Positions 55,700 to 64,000 of a stretch of DNA of 64,000 nucleotides are shown one piece after another. The DNA comes from Azolla caroliniana (taxonomy: Eukaryota > Plantae > Polypodiophyta): contig JBHGNT010000001.1 in assembly GCA_043228905.1 (NCBI GenBank), forward strand, positions 36,456,001 through 36,520,000, read 5' to 3'. The first letter of the stretch is position 1. Each line of letters begins with the position of its first letter. The notes beneath the pieces were generated by a model. It was not told the DNA's origin. It searched no databases and saw only the letters and a program-made list of their open reading frames with translations. The position numbers and the translations under genes are program-made.

Positions 55700-56460
55700 A
55701 ACATAGATTATTCACATGTTCCACGGATATTAGGTGGATGTGCAACTCCTTGTTTGGCCATTACACACCATTGTCTACACTATGATCTAGTCCATCAAAA
55801 CTTGTCAATTCATCGTCAACATATGCTATAACCTTGGGAAAGAGAATTTCGTTTATGATCTCCATTCGTGGATGTCTTTTTTTTTATCAAATTAATAATA
55901 TTTTGTTAAACGAATGTGGACACCAAACCCCTTTCCCAATTTATGAAAGAAACGGGATGATGGACTCCTTGTTTGGATTTTGTTTCCTTATTAAGACCGG
56001 GCCTATTTATTGGGGATCAACAAACAAATAGGGGTCACGTCATCATAAGTTGGAGGTTGGAGTTTCCATGGCCAAAACGAGTTTGTGCACATGTGTTTTG
56101 ATTCAAGGAACATACCCTCTATTCATAGAGACAATCGAATGGTAGACGAACTATTGGTGTGAAAACATTGCCATAATTTTGGTATCAATGTCAAGAAAGC
56201 TTAAGATCGGACTATATGCAATCTTTGAGACCAATGGGGCCCCTCTTGTGGTTGCACCTCAACAATATCCTCGTGTGTGTCACGTACATATGCATCGATA
56301 ATCAGAACAAAGTCATGGAAACTTGGAAATCACGGTAGATGCTTGCATTGAGAGGCCCAAATAGTAAATAGTGCACTTAAATCAAAAGGACAGGGGTAGT
56401 TTCCATGTGAAAATTTTCAATTGACAATGACACTTGATGGCAACATTTGAGTCAAGTGAG
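55700..56460 (-). mobile_element. Possible decayed MULE/SWIM-type transposase remnant
   Basis: Scattered, frameshifted segments (for example CHCQLKIFTW near 56430-56403) loosely resemble plant MULE-derived proteins. Confidence 0.2.
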
Positions 56461-59400
56461 AAAAGCGTACGAAGGTTCAAGTAAAAAAAGGATGGGATTG
56501 CTGAAATTCCAAAAAACTGCTATTGCAAAATGATTTTAATGTTTACAAAAAGATTCTGAATAGGCTAGGGAAATCTACTGTATCATAGCATTGCTGCATA
56601 TCGTTGAATATGGATTGGGCCCCATGGAAGTATTAAGTAACTTTCCCTTCAATTCTCCACCTCCATATGTGAAACCCTTGCACCCTGATGTTTTGATTCG
56701 TTGGGAGGGTTGAAAATGATCGCTGCATTCTAGTGGAAACTAATTGATTCCAATTTTGTCACCATTCACAAAACCCCGGAACGATAAAATTACGATTTAC
56801 TATACTAGACTGCTATAAATGAACCCATTAACCAAGCTTTTTTTTTCCTATAATCTAATCAATCAGTTTCTGGTTTTAATAATAATTCCACGTCTCCGCT
56901 CTTACTTAGCTAAGAATCCGACCAAATGATAAATTTGTATGCACAATCAAACAAACAATGCGTGATTATTTAAATAGTTATGCCGTAAACATTTTAATAA
57001 AATATCCTAACGGAGGTTTTGCACATGGTTCAGAAAATCGTTTTCATCTATTGGTTAGAAGGCTAATCTAATCAATAAATCCTACACATCGTTTCCTTTT
57101 AGGGGTGTCGACCTGAGATTAGTAGGAGCGAATCAATTAGGGGCCTACTGGCATGCTTTCTGCGAAAAAACGCTAAAACACCATGGACACCAGATATAGT
57201 TCAATCAATTATTCCATTAAATCATATCTCTATATCTCTTACCCTATTTTGAAAACTTCTCCCTTGTAGTGCCTTCCCTTCTCTCATTCATTAATCGCTT
57301 TCTCTCTCCTCATCACATGAATGCCTGACTATAATCTGTAACTGTGGTAAAGCAATGTCGTTTAACCACAACAGCAATAAATCTAACTTGTGGTATTTAT
57401 GTGTGCGTTTTGGAGAAACATTTGGTTTCACAAAATCTTGTTTCCTGATTGTTATATTTCTTTCTTTTGAATCTCCCTTGGGAATTTTTCTGTATGTTGT
57501 TCTCCTTTTCAATATACGGAAAGCATTCCAATTTCCAACCCTGCCTACTAAGTGAGAAAAGACACAAGAATGACTGAATGTCTGTAGGGTATTCTAACAA
57601 AGTTTATGTTCTTCACTAGCCGTTTCCATCAAGTACAATTGCCAGAATGTACTAAAAGCTCCGTTTTGTGATTGAGAAAGATACTTCGGCCATGGTCAAG
57701 CCCATTTCAATTTTCAATATTCAGGGAAAGGACTCACAAGTAGCTTAGACACATTCAATTCATGCTTAAACAGCATGCCCTTATATTTGGTTTTTGACAC
57801 ATGGTTTTGACACAAGTTTATAAAACAAGTTTGTCAGATATCCCAGCAAGTGGTTTTGTGTTGTGCATGAATGCCTCTCTACCTTGGTCACAACAACTTG
57901 GCATGATCAACAAACTATTTCGATAATTTCAAGCAAAGTGGGGGGAATGGTGTATTTTTTAATTTTGTAATGCAAATGGATTTGTAGTTACTTGTTAGGG
58001 GTCTTTGAATATTGCAGCTACGCACGCATATTGATCTTTTGGAATGCCACCCTCAATACATTTTACAACATAACGTTTAATTGTAGGGAAGTCGTTGCAT
58101 CAAATCAAAACTCCCAACTATTGGGTGAAGAGATTCACAAATTATCCCTGATCAAACTATGATTCAGCATATCCAATAACATATAATGGTGCTAAATCTC
58201 GTTTTCTATTATCTAATCATGAAACATTATAGTCCTCCCCATTATCATGCTTTCAAACACCTCGTAATATGAATAAATACACCATTCACAAACACTCAAA
58301 TCTTATAATTCAACATACACATCCTCTAGTGTTGAGGGGACATAATATGATTAGATTCATTAGTGACAAAACATTAAGAAAGTTTGACAAAGACTATGGC
58401 TGAAGGTCAAAATCAAACTATTTGGGATGAATTTGTGTCAAGTAGAACCGTGGATAATAGGCCAACATAAGTGCCATGATGTATAGTTCAAAGTTCAACA
58501 AGTATCCAATTGACATCAAGATAATGCAAACTTATATAGCTTACACATAATTCAAACTAATTGAACATCCAAAGGTTTCCAATCAAGCCATGACAGCTCT
58601 AATGTTACTCCAATAAATAATAAGAAGTCTGAAGCAGGATGCGTAACAGATTCATGTGTTCCAAATCATGGTAATTCAATCTATATCTTAGTGAATATTG
58701 GTGTTACCTTTGAAGTTAATATTGGGTAAGAAACTGATATTCACAAAAACGTTCATTTAAAGAATAGATACAAGCATTTGATCGCTTTTGGAGTCTTCCT
58801 TCAGAGTTCTCATCAGTACTCTAGCTCAGTGCTGTCCAAGACCTAAGTCTCAGGGTCTTCTGCAGGTTGAATGTATGCAATGACTTTCCTGTGCTATATA
58901 ACAATGCACGAGGAAGATGATGATGTGAATAGTACTTTAATGTAAATAGAGCTCATAAACAGTTGCTTGCTTTAGACCAATGAATGCTTTTATTCTGAAG
59001 CAAAATCAGTACATTAATGAACTCGAGACCTCAGGACATTTACTCACATAGCTTTATTATTAGTGTTGTAAACATGTTTAAATATCAATTTACTATTTTC
59101 CGATAAGTTGAATAACTAAAAGCACTACTTTTTGCTCCATCATAACCTATTCCCAAAAGTTTGAATCTGCATTCATCAAATCTGCTCCATCATAACCTAT
59201 CTTAATTGATTACTGATCCTACATATTTTACCATCTGAAGTTTGAATCTGCATTCAAGACCTAGATGTAACAAATCTTACTATCACGAATCTGGATAATA
59301 ATCATGGTACACGACACCTGTTATGCCCTAACAAAAAAGATCACCCCTATATTAATACAACAATCAATCGTTCCAGAACCAGACATTTATGTTTTGAAAA

Positions 59401-59656
59401 TGCATTCACAAGTTTGCCAGAAGTGACTGATCTCAATCCCACATTTCAACCCATAAACCAAAAGGAGATAACAGAACCATGAGACATTTCAGAATACTAA
59501 TTGATGAAAATAAAAGTAACCATATTTCCTATCCAGCTCTTACTGTAACTACAAGTTAATCATACTTCATCTTGGAATATCTAAGTGTACATGTCTTAAA
59601 CTTCTCTTCAATCATATTAAAAATTGGTAACTTCCTTTTCAATTTGGGTTTCAAAT

Positions 59657-62600
59657 TCATTCAGATGGTGATCGAGATCTTGAACCTCGTGAATGAGGCG
59701 AATGGTCTCTGCTTGGTGCTTGTAAAGATGGAGATCTGAAAAAACATGAAACAAATGAAAGAACGCATAATTGACCAGATGACAAGAACAGCCAAAGGAA
59801 AGAGCATCACTTCAGATATGTGGAAATTTCAACCTGTTCAAAGGCGACCGTTCTCTGTCTTGCCCACTGTCTCTTTGGTCATTGTAGGAATCATGATGCC
59901 GAGAAGTAGAATACAATTGTTCCCGCCTGGATTTGGCTACCTGCTGATCATATCTTGTATCTTTATGATGATTCCCCTCGGGGTTATACTGTATAGGTGG
60001 TTCTGGAGAGTATTCACGTCCCCTTCTATCATCATATGGGGAAGGTGACCTGTAGATAATAAGTTCCATAACACATCAGATACGGAAAATTAATTGCACA
60101 AACAAATATTTTTTATATATTTGCAACTCTGCCATTCATTGGTTATACAGTACAATCACAAGTCAAAATGAGTTAAGGGATTGTCATTAATACTAACCCA
60201 TGAAAACAGTTTAAGGATCTTTCAAAAACAAGCCAGTATGCGCAACAAATCGAGATGATATCTTAACAACTACTGCGAACAGAATCATCTCCTTATTGTA
60301 CAACACATCGTCTAGATAATCATAAATTCATCGTAATCACTGCAGACATTGTGAGAGAGCATGCAATCTGGGCCTCTGCGGCAACATGGTGGTTGTTTGG
60401 CGATTTTATCTACTGCTTTTGGGATAATTAACCCCTTCGTGCAAAACTTCAGTATGCAGCAATAAGGTTTATTGCATATCATATCAATTCAAGTTGGTTC
60501 CTAATATCAGGATTACTTCTAGGCGTAAATAACAAATCTGTATATCAAAAGGATTACTTCTAGGTTGAAATAACCAATCCAACTATCAAATTTTATTTTA
60601 AAAACTGACCTTCGGTATTGATATCCTCTTTGTGGTGTTTGAGAACGAGAGCGGGACCTTGATCGACCTTAAAAAATGTGTACAGTGAACATCATATCAC
60701 CTGTTAAATGCCGAAAAATGAAAGCATCAAATATAATATATTCTCAAAAGGTTATCATACCACGTGGATGAAATGATCGCCCATTATCCTGTGAGAACCC
60801 TCTACTCCTGAATTAATAAAAATCAAAGACCATAAAGCTTGTACCAATGATAAATCCATGAAACTACAATGAGGTATGAAGAATGTGGATTAGCAGATCA
60901 GAAAAAAGTTATCACCTGTGTCTCTCTTTGACCCTCATTTCAGCAGGCTTCTTCCTGTTCTCTTGAGCGAAGACCACAGTTATCTCCCGTCCAAAAAGAA
61001 CTTGATGATTCATGTAATATTGAGCTTCCTCTGCATCAGCCTGCTCCAAAAACTGCACAAAACCGAATCCACGAGGTTCCCTGCATGCCAATTCTTTATT
61101 TCAAGATCAACAGGAAACTTTAACATATCATAAACCTTCCATGGCCCTATTATAGGGTCAGAGTTCGATTGGTGTAGTGATCTACACCTTAGATGAGTAT
61201 TCTTCCATGAAAAATATTGTGAGCCAAGATGTCTCATCCTGACCTTTGTGGGAAAGGCACTATTGGCTGCCTGCTCATCTACATGAGTGAAGAGACTTCA
61301 TCACAATCTTCACTTGCAATAACGAAATGATGAGCTTGAAATCAAATTGCTGAATGCATAATCTTCCCACCATTTTTCTTCAAATGACCTTCAGAAACTT
61401 CTTCCACGTCATCTATACAGCCTTGAAGCACACACCATTAGGCAGGGCATAGAAGAGCACTAAATTAAAAGCCAGCCTTGTCAGTGTTGCCAAGCACTGG
61501 CAATTTTCTAAGATGAGAGAGCTTGGATAGAACACACATGAGAAGCTTCTAAAACACACTCTGTATGCATAGATGATGCCAATCCATATTAATAGTAGAA
61601 ATAGTGAAGAATGTCTCTGTTATATTAAAGATGTGAAATTGACTTGTTCACGGTGGGTTGGTGGTATCAAGAAAGTGAAAGAGGGATCACTATAAAGAAC
61701 ATATTTCCCACAGCCTCTGTTAGATTTGCAGATTCCTAAAATGCATAACATAATACTCCACAGAAATTTCATAAGAAAACATCAACAGAAAAAAAACATA
61801 TGAAACTGGGGTAGGGGGAATACCTGGTGTAGTAGTCATTTGGCAGATAGACATCTCTAAGAGGTCCAAACCGTCTGAACGCACTGCGAAGATCTTCAGG
61901 CCTATAAGTGAGAAGAATCAAAGAATAAACAAAAAATTGACAAGGTTGAAATTTTATGTACAACACTATTTAGAATTATATGTTCCAAAGACTCGAAACT
62001 TCTTTATTTACTACCCCTTATAGCTAGCTTATCAGGTAACAATCATTGATACACAAAATTAGCTGAAACATAAAGGCGTGATACCAGTGATTGGTCAAGC
62101 AATTGCAAAAAGTGGAAAACAGAAACTGTACATTTTTAATCTCTAGCATCATTGACTTTGGGTACATGTATATAGCATGACTAGACTTATGAATTCAATG
62201 GCTAATAAATATTTTGCTCTCTTTTGATTTCTGCATAGGAAGCCTCAAATTTCTATTCGTTCTACCACCATCACGCCTAAGTACAAGGTGATAAAATACT
62301 TCTACATTCTCCTCTTTGACATTCAGGATTCTCCTTTCGTTTGTCGAGTTTGACAACCCTTTACCTTAATATACTGATTTTTTACAGGATCACAATGACA
62401 AATAAGATAAATTTATTGTTCTTATCTGCACCTCTTTAGCATCCAGGATTCTCCATGCCCACATTAAGTTGACAACTTTTATCTTATTCTGTATTTTCAT
62501 ATAGTTTGCATCTGCCTATACCCACCGTCCTTCATCAAATAGCTAGTGTAGATATGAGTATGTCAGTGAAACTATAGAGTATAAATTTTAACATTGTCCT

Positions 62601-64000
62601 TGCTCATGGAAAAACTTCAAATTCAAATCCTTAAAATGAATTACCGAGCATTTTCAAAAACTTCTTTAAGAACTCCATGATCAAAGAAACAATTGAGCAT
62701 CTCCTAACCATGTCTACACTAGCTTTATGACGAAACATCTTAGATTTGTGTTCAGCATAACCTGGATATTTCTTGTCAAAGCTTGAAAGACAGTCTTGTA
62801 AATTAAAACTGCTTCATCCAGAATTCCTAAAAATTGATAAGATCCTTTTACTAATAACAGCAATTACCAGAACTGATTGAAACCGGAGAAGCATAGTGTA
62901 TATTTCCAGGCTAAAAATATGAGTTTCAAAATACTTTTCCTATCTCAAGACTGTGATATTGCATTTGTTTCTGGAAAGGATTAGGTCTTCATGATGTTTA
63001 TATACATAAGAATCCAGTTCATAATCGGGAACAGAGGAGAAGATCTTCACTAGCAGGTTTCATTAAATGAAGGTTTTCAAAGGTCCTCAATAGTTTTAAT
63101 TCTTCCTGCTGATCCTTCAAGGTTGAAAGACGTGGAAATACAGATATTATTCATTTTGCCTCTTCAGACAGGCAGATAGGCAGACACAGAGAACCATGTC
63201 TATACAAGGCAGTTCATCAAACCCGCCCCGCTTGGGGGGAAGAACCAAGGTGGGGGCGAACCAGCTATTTCATCAGTGTGATGAAGACAATTAACGCTAC
63301 TTCTTCTACTGCTGATCCTTCAGAAAGACAGAAATGGAAATGCATACCTACTTTTCAATGTTAATTCTCACAGATAGAAAATCTTGCCAATTATTCCATA
63401 ATCCTCCAGGAAGATATATGAAGCAATAATCTGAAATCCTTCAGATAGACAAACATAAAGTTAATTCATTTTTCATCATACAGAAATTGGCCAAGCTAAA
63501 CGATATTCTTGCTTCTGAGACAATGCCTTTCATATCCTTCCTTCAAATTCCAGACGGAGAGACAGACATAGAATAGATTCATGATTGTCCCCTAGAAGGA
63601 AAAGCAAATGCTTACAAAACCTTTCTTCAGAAATACAGACATAGAACAAATGTTCTTTATACAGAGAGACAGAGAGAGAGACACATAGTAAAAGCCTGTA
63701 TAATCTTTCTTCAGACAGAAATGTCATATGTTCTTCCTTAAGAGACAGACGGGCAGGCCGACAAGGAAAATCTGGACGATTCTTCCTTCAACGACATGTC
63801 GTGTATCTGCTTTTGTCGTCGGAGGTATACAGATAGAGAGTGGGGAAGAGAATCTTCCCCATTCGACATGGGAAAAGATGGATGGAATGATTATTTACCT
63901 GCAACTTTTCGGTAGATTTCTGACAAGAAGACTGGTGGGAGGTTCTCTGCGATCAGAGTAGCGATGGTGGCTTGGGCTTCTGCTTCGTCCTCTTCCACGC
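59657..64000 (-). CDS. SCL: SC35-like (SCL subfamily) serine/arginine-rich splicing factor, 5' end beyond the window
   Basis: Exons >64000-63899 (RGRGRSRSPSHHRYSDRREPPTSLLVRNLPKSCR), 61901-61824 (PEDLRSAFRRFGPLRDVYLPNDYYT), 61080-60916 (EPRGFGFVQF...ITVVFAQENRKKPAEMR), 60807-60761, 60667-60610, 60049-59834, 59735-59657 (RS-rich, stop). Phases consistent. Confidence 0.95.

Noticed and set aside
57077-57190. USE-like motif (tcctacacatcg) suggesting an snRNA promoter
   Set aside because: Imperfect match, no TATA box at the expected spacing, and no recognisable snRNA downstream.
58917-58999. Possible C/D box snoRNA (ATGATGA...CTGA)
   Set aside because: No terminal stem and no recognisable rRNA antisense element; such boxes arise by chance in AT-rich DNA.

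Overview
Eukaryotic, intron-rich, AT-rich land-plant genomic DNA. The PPR style and gene density suggest a fern, possibly a compact-genome water fern; this is inference only. Exon structures reconstructed by hand (GT-AG sites, phases checked) give these loci in order: a decayed 3' end of a PLAA/DOA1/UFD3 gene (70-730, +); two tandem, divergent allene oxide cyclase genes (7375-9249 and 14433-16196, -) inside a triplicated intergenic block; a PLS-class PPR pseudogene fragment; HGPRT (-); an orphan His/Asn-rich ORF; RabD/Rab1 (-); SWI3C-like (+); a BASS plastid transporter (+); an intact, GC-rich, 3-exon gene encoding a fungal-type HET (TIR-like) domain fused to an unrecognised C-terminal region (50170-52352, -); and an SCL-type SR splicing factor truncated by the window end (-). 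The HET gene is the most notable feature, as a candidate horizontally acquired cell-death/immune effector. Also present are a hAT MITE with TIRs, an 8-bp TSD and an in-window empty site, a putative tRNA-derived SINE family, and many local tandem duplications. All family assignments come from motif recognition, not database searches.
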